Assembly: GCA_039817595.1 (NCBI GenBank)
Contig: JBCBVL010000003.1
Coordinates: 459,337 to 523,336 of the forward strand
Source of the DNA: Pseudomonadota bacterium
GTDB lineage: Bacteria; Pseudomonadota; Alphaproteobacteria; Rhodobacterales; Rhodobacteraceae
Length of the DNA: 64,000 nucleotides
Reading direction: 5' to 3'
The position numbers and the translations under genes are program-made. This document shows positions 9,240 through 19,334 of the stretch, piece by piece (the first letter of the stretch is position 1; the number at the start of each line of letters is the position of its first letter). The notes below the pieces were generated by a model. The model saw only the letters and a program-made list of their open reading frames with translations, had not been told where the DNA came from and searched no databases.

Positions 9240-10223
9240 TTACTTTCTGTTTCGGTTGCGATCAGATGAAGGCGGGTGCCCGAAATGCCGCCGATAGGCA
9301 GCCGCGAAGGCAGAAGCGCTGGCAAAACCCACTCGTTGACCTGTTTCCGCAGCGGTCAGACCGTTTTCAGCCAATAAAACCCGGGCCATGCGCAAGCGTT
9401 GGTCGCGCACATAGCCAAAGATCGTTGTCGAAAACACTTTCTTGAAATTTCTCTGCAGCGTGGTGACATTGCTGCCCACCTCTCGCGCCAGATCCAGTGT
9501 CGATGGTGGGTTGATTAACCTATGATCGAGGATTTCTCTCGCTGCCATAACTCTTTCGTAGTGGCGGCGTCCGATCTCGGCAATATAGGCGTTTTCAGTG
9601 CGCAGCATGCGCGCAATTTCAATGACAAATTGCAAAGCGCTGCTCTCCAGAAACAGCGCGCCCAACGGTCCGTTGTACGGATGGTCAAGCAGGTTCGCAG
9701 CTATGTCGAGCACCTTTGGCGAGCGCATAAGAGTTCGGGATGCAAACGGCTGCTGCAGAAAAAAATTAAGATCACCCAATCCCTCATCCGTAATGTCGTC
9801 ATCAAAGCGCTCGAAGAATGTCGGTCGGACCATGAAGCCTGCATCTTTGCATGCATAGCTGTCGTGCGGAGAGCGCGTGCATTCAGTGCTTTCGGAGACG
9901 CCAAACAAGACTGGGCGTTCAAGCGATTTTTCCACACTGCCGAAACGTCCGATATGCATGCGTTCAGCCTCACCATCCAGCAGCACGCCGCAAATTAGTG
10001 CAGACTCCACTTGGACAGTCAATTCATCTCCGCAACGATACTCGATGTCACTGGCTGTCAAGACGAGGCCAGGTTGCACCTCTCGAACCAACAGCTTTCC
10101 AGAAAACAGGGGGGTCGTCATGGTGTTGGCCGAAACGTTGAGTGGTGTCACACCAAGTGACATTTCTGCGCTTTCCCTGATCAAGCGCTCAGCGGTGTAT
10201 CCTTCTGAATTTTCAAGTCGCAC
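9240..10223 (-). CDS. AraC-family transcriptional regulator (siderophore-responsive type such as PchR/YbtA is plausible)
   Basis: C-terminal AraC twin HTH (LDLAREVGSNVTTLQRNFKKVFSTTIFGYV ... ETGQRVGFASASAFAAAYRRHFGHPP). It sits directly upstream of the receptor on the same strand. The start is uncertain: GTG 10223, ATG 10163 or ATG 10121. Confidence 0.85.
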   Translation of the reverse strand: MRLENSEGYTAERLIRESAEMSLGVTPLNVSANTMTTPLFSGKLLVREVQPGLVLTASDIEYRCGDELTVQVESALICGVLLDGEAERMHIGRFGSVEKSLERPVLFGVSESTECTRSPHDSYACKDAGFMVRPTFFERFDDDITDEGLGDLNFFLQQPFASRTLMRSPKVLDIAANLLDHPYNGPLGALFLESSALQFVIEIARMLRTENAYIAEIGRRHYERVMAAREILDHRLINPPSTLDLAREVGSNVTTLQRNFKKVFSTTIFGYVRDQRLRMARVLLAENGLTAAETGQRVGFASASAFAAAYRRHFGHPPSSDRNRNRK

Positions 10224-10992
10224 GCGTGACAGCTTTAAAAACGGGGATGATCAATGACCCTTAGAAGTGTAACAGTTGTGGGGACCGGATCAAAGTGCCT
10301 TACCCAAGATATGTTGGATCGTGACGCGCCCAACAAATCCTGGATGTCGAATGAAATGGAAAAACACTTGCTTGAAGGGGTGTGATTGATTTGAGTGGCC
10401 CGAATTTTAGAGACTGTACACAGCAGGTTTGGCCCTAAGCGGCCGTCCAGCAGCGGACACCTGGATTGCTGCACTGCAGCCCCTCAAACCGCACAGACGA
10501 TACAATTTGGGCCTAGCTTAAAGGTCCTTTCCTTTCACTCCGTCAGTGCTTCTGGTGTGAAGAAGCCAGGTAGCCTTTCAATAGTTGGCGCGGTCGGCCT
10601 CAGGAAAGCACCTTCTTCAGGCGTAACACCAATTAGCCCCAGACGTTAGTTTGTCCCAAGCGTCCGCGGACATTTGGACACCTGGCGTATCGTTGCGAAG
10701 CGCCAAGCCCTTCGCAACACCGGAAAGTTCAGCCTGTTTGATCGACCAAATTCGCGCCGTAGGAACTTTTCTGGCCGTAAAACGGACAATGCTCACGCTT
10801 CCCGATTAGCGCTGCTAACTCATAAACTTTCGGAAATAGCCTGACAGCGAGGCCAGCTCTGGAAGCCCGTTAGAAGAGATCGACCCGCCCTGCCGCGCTG
10901 TTCGAAACGCAGCAATCACAGATACTTAGCGTTCCCATATCGGGCGCATGCGGCGCAACCCATGTGAAAGGCAACGCCCGGCAGTGATAGCG

Positions 10993-13900
10993 TCAGAACC
11001 TGACCCGGATACCACCCGTGACCCCGTAGGCGTAATCATCACCGAAATCTGACAGGCCCCCCTGTGCGGTGAGCCCGCCGTAAAACACCGAGTTTTGCCC
11101 GATCTCGATCTGGCCGCCCGCGCGCACCTCAATGCGCTGCTCATCGGGTCGCGTGACAAAGGGCAGGCCCGCAAAGTTGATCGCGGTGTCATTGTCAAAC
11201 GCGTGAATGAGGCTCAGCCCGCCGAATACGCTGCCCCTCGCAAAGCTTCGTTCTGCAAGAACGCCAACCCGCGCGGTCAGTGTCTCCCCATCGGTGATCT
11301 GGGCTGCAAAAGCGGATCCAAACGGGTCCGCAATGGCATCGCCAGAGATGTCGCTATACGCGAGCTGAAATTGCGGCACAACCGTCAGCGATTGAGAAAC
11401 ATTGAACGCCCGGCCAATTTCGAAAGAAGCGGCTAAGCCTTCTGCATTCGCGCTGATCACAGATACGGGCGCCCCTGAAATGAACATATCCGTATCAAAC
11501 CTGGAAAACCGCACCTGACCGCTGGCATAAAATAGGCTGTCACTGAGATAGGTGGCATGCAGGGTCAGAGATTGCGCATCATTATTGATATCGCCAGCCG
11601 CGGCCGTTGTGAGCAGATCGGCGCGCGCCTCCTGCAACGCGAAGTAGGCACCGACGAGCATTTGGCCGGATTGCGTGTCAAAGAGCGGGTAATCCATCCC
11701 CATTTCAAAGCCGGTTACATCGCTTTCGACCTGAGCGCCCGTCGTGCTTTGCCGAGTGTATTCGGCCTGCCTGCCAGAAAATGAAAACCAGATTGCATTT
11801 TCGGGGCTTGGATCAAAATCAAGCAGCAGTTGCTCAACGCCCGATTGCGAACCGCCGGATCTATCCGACCAACGCTGCAAAGACCCAGGTAAGGCGTTGA
11901 GATTTGTCAGTAAATTGGGATATGCCTCAAACAGGGCAATGGCCGGGTTGAGGTTCAGATTGCCGTTTTGATCGAAGGGCGTGATAAAATATTCACCCAC
12001 GGGTGCGTCAAACCCGAGGGTGTAAAAATAAGCCCCGATGACCTCTGCCTCCTCCCCCTGGAGCGTTGTGAAGTCGAAATCCGCCAGCTGAAAATCCGCA
12101 TCAGTCGTCGTGCCGGTCACATCCAGAACGGTGATGTCCGAGGGTGTCGTTGCGCTACCGGTTCCTTCTATTGCAATGCCTTTTGGCCCGTTGGGATCGG
12201 GGATCACATTGCCGACAATCGATATACGGTCAGCCGCGGGGCCCGAAACATCGACATCAAGTTCGAAGGCACCAGATCTCAGCACATCACCATTGATTGT
12301 CAAGGTATCGCCCGCCGCGCCATCCACCAGGGACACGCGGCCACGGTTAACAACCCTCCCGTTCAACGTGGCCATGGATGTGCCGCCCGTTCCGGCCTCG
12401 AATGTGCCTGTGAATATTGTCACGAGCGGCCCGTTCAAAACGAAATTGGGCTGTGTCACGGTCAAGCGCCCATTTTGGCCAACAACAAGCTCGCCGGTGT
12501 CGATTGACGGCCCGGTATAGATCAGCTGCCCGCCTGATACAGATATGTTTTCCCAATTGCGAAGGTCCGCGCCCAGAGTGCCGGTAAATCCAGAAAAATT
12601 CAGCCTGTCGACAAACGTATCACCGGTGGAGATATCATCGCCCCCATCCAATAAAGAGACATTCGTGAGAGTGGCACCGAGGATCGCCAATGTGTCACTC
12701 CCATCATTAAGCGACACATCTCCGATGAGCTCCGCGCCACCTTCGACCAAAATGGTGCTGTCGCTCCCGTTGTTCTCGATGGCGAATGTGGCACCCGATA
12801 CCTGCGCGCCACTGGAAAGGACTACGAACGCTCTATCTGCGCTGTCCGCAAATGCAAGGATACCAGCCCCAGTCGCCCCGTTGACTGTGCCATAGGCATA
12901 GACATTTAGCCCTGAAACGGAGGGGACGTTTGACCCATAATGATAGGCAGCGATCCCGTTGCGCGCGCCAAAGATATCGCCATCCGTCGCGATACTCGTT
13001 CGATACGTGCCGGGCCCTGCATAGGTGTAGATCGCATCACCGGTGGTCGTGGCACGAGCATTGTCCACGGTGACGATTAGGGAATTGCCGTTTTGTTTGA
13101 CCGCAACGATGCCGTTATCGTCTCCAACCACCTCTGCCGTGCCAGCATTATTGTACACCTCGATGGTCAGATCGCCCGTCCCATTGTCGATTGCATAAAT
13201 TCCGTTTCTTGAACCGCTGACCGTTCCGCTTGCTGTGATGGACAAATCCGTGGATGTCGGCCTGTTATAGGCATCAATCGCATCGCCGTTAGCGGCATCG
13301 ACGTCAATTGCGGAGATATACGTCGCCTCGGTGCCATCATTGTAGGCGTAAATACCTATGGACACGCCCCGCACTTCATCTACGGCAATCGTGATCCCAC
13401 CCGAGGTGAAATTGAGTGCCCGAATGCCCTGTGCACCGCCTGCAACCGTGCTTAACCCATCGTCTTGGGCGGTGATGTTGATATCACCAATGCCGGAATT
13501 GTACGCATAGATGCCATATGTGGCCCCCTGGACAAGTCCCGTTGCGCTGATTGACAGGTCGGTTCCCAAATTGCTTGCATTGATCCCATCAGCGAAGAAA
13601 CCGTCCACATTATCAACCTCGATGGTCAGCGCGCTGACATCGTTTCGCGCCACTATTCCGTAATCCATACCTGATATGCTGGTGCCATCCAGGGCTCTAA
13701 TGCGTGCGCCGGCGAAGCCCATGCTGTAGAGTGAAATACCGTTGCGGCCTGCGTTGATCCCGTCGGTGATCGTGATCTGTGCCGAGCTGGCACCGCTAGA
13801 GGTCGTCGCTTTTACGCCGTCGTTAGTTGTAGACAGAACCTGCCCGGCCGTGATCGACAGGGAGGGACCGTAGGCCAAGCCGGATTGCTCTGCAATAATC

Positions 13901-15801
13901 CCCTCGCTAGTGGCATCGACCTGATCGACATTGATGTTCACCCGCCCGCCGACGGTATTGACGGCCACGATGCCGGCACCGTTTGAGGCTACACGCGCGG
14001 TGCCATCTCCATTTGTGGCTGTGATATCCAGATTGCCCGACGTGGTATGGTACGCTCTGATGGCCTGACCTCCGCCATAGACATATTCATTGACGAGAAT
14101 CGATGCATCTCCCGCCATGTTCGAGGATTGGGTTTCGATACCATACTGAGAGACCCCAGTGACTTGATCGGCGACAATCGACAACGTGCCAGTGCCCTCA
14201 TGGCGCGCATATATCCCTTTTGTCTGACCAGTGACTTGCGCGGTCCCCTGAGGATTGGTCACGGAAATATCAAAACTGCCGGTACCGCGTTGAAAAGCGT
14301 CAATGCCACGATCTCCGCCGGTGATGCTATTTTCCACATTGATGATCAGATTTTGGCCTGAGGCATCATTGTAGGTCTCAATCCCGTTGCCCAGATTGGC
14401 TGCGATCTCGCTTGAGGTTATCGTCAGGTCCCCGCCCGCGCGATTGTTGGCAAGGATGCCATTTTGCCCGGCAGTCACCGTCCCTTGGGTGGAGATCTCT
14501 AAACCGCCAGAATTATCATTCAAAGCCGTGATGCCGTTGAACGCTCCATCCACCGTCCCCGTGGTTGTGACAGAAATGGACCCTGTTCCACCGTTGTTGA
14601 CCACCTGGATGCCATCGGCCGTGCCGCCTCTGACCCTGTCGGCTGTGACATTTATATTGCCGTCAGAATAATGCCTGGCTTCGATGCCTGTCACCGCGCC
14701 ATCCGCAAAGGCTGTGCCCGATACATTGGTATTGACGATGTCGATATCGCCTGCGCCCCGATTGGTAGCGTAAATCGCGGTGCCACCCGTGACGGTCCCG
14801 TCTGACGTGATGGAGGTATTCCGACTCATGGTGTCGTTGAATGTCGAGATGCCCCTGCTGGAGGTCCCTGTAACGTCGCCCGCGGTGATCTCTATGTCGC
14901 CCGCTTCGTTGGTAATGTCGATGCCGAGGGCGCCACCGATGACAGCCTCGTTGGCCGTAACCGTCGCGGTACCACTGCCACGCTTTATAACCTGGATACC
15001 TTCCTGATTGCCGGTGACAAGGCCGTTGGTTGTGATCGTGACATCCGCAGAAGAAATCCCGTTGTAAACTCTTATCGCATCAGACTGAGTGCTGCTCACG
15101 AGGCCTGTCGTCACCGTGACCGCGCCGCCGTTCAAGTTCGATACGGTAATGGCGCGGCCGGTTGTCGCGTAAACACCAGCGGTGGTTGAAATGTCGACGC
15201 CCTGATTGCCGCGGTTGTCGACACTAATGCCGATTAATCCAGATACCACTCCACTGGTGGAAACGGACACGGCGCCGCCTGTACTCGACTGATAGATCGA
15301 AACACCAACTGTTGAACCATAGGCTTGGTTGAGATTGACCTGGGTATCGCCAGTGGCTTCATTTAACACCCTCACACCGCGTAGGTTACCGCCGATCACA
15401 CCGTTAGAGGTGATAGATATGCCGTTATTCGTGCCATAGCCGCGCGCGAAGATGCCATAGCCTGTTCCGCCATAAATGTTGGATGCGTTTTGATCGTTGA
15501 AGGAAAGCGTGCCGCCGCCGCTTTCCAGGAAAAAGGCGCTGCCCCCTGTGCCTGTCGTGTCGATGCCAAAGCCCGGCTCGGTGACCACGCTGACGCCGGT
15601 GGGGTTGGTGAAGGATTGCGTCACATCAAGCACCGGGTCTGCAGGCCCGGAGCAGGTGTAGACCCCTGCGATGAGCGCGCAGCTCCCTGCATGAGCTCCT
15701 GAACTTGTCAGCGCAGCGCCCATGGCTACGGCCGAAACGCTCAGCGCCAATTGGCCCATCAGCGGCGCAAAGCTTGCCGCAACTCCGGCCACTTTTGTCA
15801 T
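10993..15801 (-). CDS. Autotransporter (type Va) with a long repetitive beta-helical passenger and a C-terminal beta-barrel
   Basis: Start chosen at ATG 15801 (MTKVAGVAASFAPLMGQLALSVSAVAMGAALTSSGAHA, signal-like). About 1000 aa consists of degenerate G-I-x-A/V-x-N-x-G-x-G-D/S-L/I-x-I-T repeats. The C-terminal roughly 280 aa has alternating-hydrophobic strands ending ...GGIRVRF. Confidence 0.85.
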   Translation of the reverse strand: MTKVAGVAASFAPLMGQLALSVSAVAMGAALTSSGAHAGSCALIAGVYTCSGPADPVLDVTQSFTNPTGVSVVTEPGFGIDTTGTGGSAFFLESGGGTLSFNDQNASNIYGGTGYGIFARGYGTNNGISITSNGVIGGNLRGVRVLNEATGDTQVNLNQAYGSTVGVSIYQSSTGGAVSVSTSGVVSGLIGISVDNRGNQGVDISTTAGVYATTGRAITVSNLNGGAVTVTTGLVSSTQSDAIRVYNGISSADVTITTNGLVTGNQEGIQVIKRGSGTATVTANEAVIGGALGIDITNEAGDIEITAGDVTGTSSRGISTFNDTMSRNTSITSDGTVTGGTAIYATNRGAGDIDIVNTNVSGTAFADGAVTGIEARHYSDGNINVTADRVRGGTADGIQVVNNGGTGSISVTTTGTVDGAFNGITALNDNSGGLEISTQGTVTAGQNGILANNRAGGDLTITSSEIAANLGNGIETYNDASGQNLIINVENSITGGDRGIDAFQRGTGSFDISVTNPQGTAQVTGQTKGIYARHEGTGTLSIVADQVTGVSQYGIETQSSNMAGDASILVNEYVYGGGQAIRAYHTTSGNLDITATNGDGTARVASNGAGIVAVNTVGGRVNINVDQVDATSEGIIAEQSGLAYGPSLSITAGQVLSTTNDGVKATTSSGASSAQITITDGINAGRNGISLYSMGFAGARIRALDGTSISGMDYGIVARNDVSALTIEVDNVDGFFADGINASNLGTDLSISATGLVQGATYGIYAYNSGIGDINITAQDDGLSTVAGGAQGIRALNFTSGGITIAVDEVRGVSIGIYAYNDGTEATYISAIDVDAANGDAIDAYNRPTSTDLSITASGTVSGSRNGIYAIDNGTGDLTIEVYNNAGTAEVVGDDNGIVAVKQNGNSLIVTVDNARATTTGDAIYTYAGPGTYRTSIATDGDIFGARNGIAAYHYGSNVPSVSGLNVYAYGTVNGATGAGILAFADSADRAFVVLSSGAQVSGATFAIENNGSDSTILVEGGAELIGDVSLNDGSDTLAILGATLTNVSLLDGGDDISTGDTFVDRLNFSGFTGTLGADLRNWENISVSGGQLIYTGPSIDTGELVVGQNGRLTVTQPNFVLNGPLVTIFTGTFEAGTGGTSMATLNGRVVNRGRVSLVDGAAGDTLTINGDVLRSGAFELDVDVSGPAADRISIVGNVIPDPNGPKGIAIEGTGSATTPSDITVLDVTGTTTDADFQLADFDFTTLQGEEAEVIGAYFYTLGFDAPVGEYFITPFDQNGNLNLNPAIALFEAYPNLLTNLNALPGSLQRWSDRSGGSQSGVEQLLLDFDPSPENAIWFSFSGRQAEYTRQSTTGAQVESDVTGFEMGMDYPLFDTQSGQMLVGAYFALQEARADLLTTAAAGDINNDAQSLTLHATYLSDSLFYASGQVRFSRFDTDMFISGAPVSVISANAEGLAASFEIGRAFNVSQSLTVVPQFQLAYSDISGDAIADPFGSAFAAQITDGETLTARVGVLAERSFARGSVFGGLSLIHAFDNDTAINFAGLPFVTRPDEQRIEVRAGGQIEIGQNSVFYGGLTAQGGLSDFGDDYAYGVTGGIRVRF

Positions 15802-16077
15802 CCGTCCGCCGCGCAGTGTCAGGGCCGTATAGTGTGGGCTATGGGGGCGTCGCGCGGGTTTCTTTCCCGCGATGCCTGTTTGCCGTGTGTTTGATGTCTT
15901 GAAGCCGCCAAATGTCAATTTGCGTCTGTCACCCTGTCGATCCGCGATGGGCGGCATGCCTGCCATTCCCAAAACTGCCTGCCAAACGGGCGAAACGCCC
16001 GCACGTGCTATCAGCCAAAAGCGCATGGGTCACGACCCGCGGCATGATCCATATGGGCTAAAGGGCGGAACTTCGTC

Positions 16078-17907
16078 TCACGGCTCTTTGCAATGGGCGG
16101 CTAGGCTGCCCAGAATATCCTGAAAATGATCAAAAAACAGAAGGTTGCCAGCCTCGGGCAGCAAGTGAAACGTCACATCGGGAAAATTACGCCGGAATTC
16201 CTCAATTGTCGGCGCTGGGCAGGTAGGATCCGCAAGTCCGTTCCAAAATCGGACGGGTATGCGGGCACTGACCTCACGCACCATATCGGACCATTCAAAA
16301 CGATGGCGGTCTGTCATCAACCGCACAAAGCTGTTCTGGACCGATTTTTTCGCGGGCTGCATCAGGGGCGCAGACCATATCATGGCCTGCACTACATCCT
16401 CACGCTTGAGCATCTCCATATCCGCCCTGCTGTCTTTGTAGACGCGTTCCAACACCCCGCGAGGCCCGATGCGATGCGCCAAAGCAAAGCTGGCTTTCAC
16501 GAAAAACGGTGCAAGATGAGGCGTGTAACGCGCGACACCTACAAGAAAACGACCCCATTTCGGCAGCTGCGAAATCTGGCTCTTTAAGGTGAAGGGCAGC
16601 GTGCCCGACACGGAAAAAATACCTGTCACACGCTTCGGCGCCATGTGAGCGAGGCGGATCGCATAGTAGCTGTCTGCACCAAAACAGAGCACGGCAAAAG
16701 GCCCGTCAGTTTGGGCATCCACTGCCGCTAGTGCATCCTCCAAAAGTGTTTCATCAAAATCCCGACGGCCCGGCACGGGGGAGCAATCCCCATATCCAGG
16801 TCGCATGGGAACGATCATTTTTAATCCAAGCGAACGGGAATGCTGCTCAATCGTCGGTGTCGATCGCATCGTGGCAAAGTCTGTTGTCAGCGCCAAAACA
16901 GGCAGCGGATTTGCGATCCCGTTCACAATGTACGAAACGCGGCGGTCATGGGGCCGATTGACAAATCTGAAGGGAAATGTCGCAAGCCCCGCGCTGTCCA
17001 GCTCAGCGGTGGACTGCATGGTTTGCATGGAGCCTTTATCGTCAAAAGCGCTGTCGACCTCCATGAATGACATCACCAACCGGATCAATTCCACCTGCGA
17101 TTGCGTGCCTGTCTTCGAGAGAACTGATTTTAATTGATTGCGGACGGTATTGATCGTGCGCTTTCGGGTTGATGCGACCTGCGATAACCGGCCCAACTCA
17201 ACCAGCCCTTTCACGACGCCGATTTCACTGTCGGTCAGCCCAAACGCCTCGGTCAAGCGCAAGCTTAAGCCTTCGGGCCATCCAACTTCGCAGAGCGCGA
17301 TAATGGCGAGGTTCTTTTTGCGTCCATCCGACCTCAACGCGTTGACTGCCAGGACCGCCGCGCGATCATATCGGGGCGATGCAACCACCAAAGTCTGACC
17401 GGCGGTCTGGCTGGCTTCCGTGCTCTGCGCGATGCATTCGGATACGGCCGCCAGGACCGGCGCTTCATCCTCTGGCAAAAGAGGAAGCGGCCCTTGTCCG
17501 GCATCTTCCGCATATGCGCGGCCTGCTTCATTCGTTTGCACAACCTTGAGCTTGGCATCCACAACATAGGCAGGAACATTTTGAAACGCGCCGAGCCAAG
17601 TTTCTGGGATGCTCTCCAAACGTTCGTTGGCATCCAGAATGCGTTCGGCCCGTGCGCTGTGTTCACGGATCCTTGGCGTCTGAAGGATTGCAGGATTTTC
17701 GAAATCTGCCTCAGCCATCATCTGGCCAACCAGAACGTCCCATGCATCCACGACATCAATCAAGGTGTCAGGATCCAGAGCCGCCTCATAGAGCAGACCC
17801 AATACTTCCGCCGTTTTGCCTGCATCCGATCTGGCATTTTTCTTGGATCCGGTGCGGGTTGCATCCAGCTGTGCCGGTGTTGATTTGGGCTCTTTCCTGT
17901 TATCCAT
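16078..17907 (-). CDS. LuxR-type HTH regulator fused to a C-terminal alpha/beta-hydrolase-like domain
   Basis: A central LuxR/GerE HTH is present (LTDSEIGVVKGLVELGRLSQVASTRKRTINTVRNQLKSVLSKTGTQSQVELIRLV). The N-terminus has the LYEAALDPD..W motif common in alphaproteobacterial LuxR-like regulators. The C-terminal roughly 320 aa looks like an alpha/beta hydrolase, but the nucleophile elbow reads FGADSYY rather than GxSxG. The ATG at 17907 is preferred over the TTG at 17964. Confidence 0.7.
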   Translation of the reverse strand: MDNRKEPKSTPAQLDATRTGSKKNARSDAGKTAEVLGLLYEAALDPDTLIDVVDAWDVLVGQMMAEADFENPAILQTPRIREHSARAERILDANERLESIPETWLGAFQNVPAYVVDAKLKVVQTNEAGRAYAEDAGQGPLPLLPEDEAPVLAAVSECIAQSTEASQTAGQTLVVASPRYDRAAVLAVNALRSDGRKKNLAIIALCEVGWPEGLSLRLTEAFGLTDSEIGVVKGLVELGRLSQVASTRKRTINTVRNQLKSVLSKTGTQSQVELIRLVMSFMEVDSAFDDKGSMQTMQSTAELDSAGLATFPFRFVNRPHDRRVSYIVNGIANPLPVLALTTDFATMRSTPTIEQHSRSLGLKMIVPMRPGYGDCSPVPGRRDFDETLLEDALAAVDAQTDGPFAVLCFGADSYYAIRLAHMAPKRVTGIFSVSGTLPFTLKSQISQLPKWGRFLVGVARYTPHLAPFFVKASFALAHRIGPRGVLERVYKDSRADMEMLKREDVVQAMIWSAPLMQPAKKSVQNSFVRLMTDRHRFEWSDMVREVSARIPVRFWNGLADPTCPAPTIEEFRRNFPDVTFHLLPEAGNLLFFDHFQDILGSLAAHCKEP

Positions 17908-19334
17908 AGCGTTTAAAAGCGCGCCTTTCCCGCAAAGGCTCTGTTGAACAGAATTGTATCTCAAGCTTTCTTACATGCTACCATATTCCGAAAAACGTGG
18001 ATCACATCTTTCACGAAGCGCAATCCAAAGCGTGTATGACCAGCGCGTTTCGATGTTTTCTGATGTCTTGAGTTAAAGTCGAAACACTGTGAAGAAATAT
18101 GGACTGCGAAACTCGAGGCGTAGCGGACGCCCTCAGATGCAATGAGGCCAGTGTCAGCTTAGCTTACGATGCCAGATTGTTTTGACCGAACAAACAGTAT
18201 TTCGCGTCAAGCGCCGCGCGATCAACGAGTGAAGCCTGCTATGCGCCATTTGAAAGACGTTGATGCCCGCAGTTCAACCGTGCGCTGAGCGGCATTGTCA
18301 GCAGTCGTTGGTCAGGAGGTCATGCCAGTCGGCGAGGGGTCAATGGAAATGCGCGCCGCTGCTGTCCTGCAAACTCAAAGGCCGGGTGCCACCGCTACTC
18401 CAAAAATTGAAATTGATCCTCATTGGTCCGGCACGGTTAAAGCAGGGCGCGTTGCGAAGACTGAATTCGGGGGATCAACAGACCGGGTTGCGCCCCTATC
18501 ACCCCCAACCGCGCAAAGCGCCAACACTGCTCTAAAAAGACATTGGCCGTGCTCAGAGCCCTCGAAGCCCGCAGCGCAGCGCTTATGCAACATAGGCTTT
18601 TGGCGCGTAGAAGATATCGGAAGTGAGCTTAGGCTTCGTCGCTCGTGGCCCTTTCTTGCCATGCACGGACCGGTCAAGATACAGCTGATGTGGTCCGCTT
18701 TGCGGTCATTCGCTGCAGGTGCGTATTCCAGATAAAATCGAATTTAAAGGCTGCAGGACGGTTCAGGATTTGACTGACCTCTTTGTAACTTGCGCTACCG
18801 CCAGGCCATGGAAAGCAGCGAGTAAATTACGCTTCACTCAAGAACGTTCGTTTTTGCGGAAAAGAGATATTCCAACTCCGCCGAAGCACTCGTAAATCGT
18901 GCGCTTCCAGGCTTGGTCGCTTACAGTGGCGCTTCAAAACTGTTCAACTCTCTAATCGTTTTTTCATTGTGCTCAAGGTCACTGCGCGTGAGGTGTTCGC
19001 GAAGATTGGGAAGAACTAACGACACAACAATTCAAGTTTGTGCAAACAGCAATACCAGCCGGACGAATTGCGAGCGCAACATTGACGGCCGTGCCAATAT
19101 GAACCAGGGCATTTCGAAGACTGGAGCAAATCGCTTGACACCTCTCAATCGACCGTTTGTCTCTATTTTGCAGATTTCAATCATCTCCAGAATTTAAGCA
19201 GAAAAACCCGCGGCGATTTGATCACGATTGTGGCTTGCCGTTTCCCTTTCATCCCAGTCACCAGTTCGATATCGTCTTTGTACGCAGCCCCGAATTGCCA
19301 CGTAAAGTGAAATGCTTTTCTATTCGGATAAAAT

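Noticed and set aside
10224-10992. 770-bp gap between the autotransporter 3-prime end and the AraC gene. It includes ORFs 10235..10474 and 10395..10649 and a 9-bp-stem hairpin at 10692-10718.
   Set aside because: The ORFs are short, mutually overlapping and not protein-like. The hairpin lacks a U-tract. It is regarded as ordinary terminator/promoter spacer.
18295-18735. 146-aa ORF in the gene-poor stretch upstream of the ECF sigma gene
   Set aside because: Its composition and sequence are not protein-like, it has no motifs, and it overlaps an equally poor antisense ORF. It is treated as non-coding or decayed DNA.
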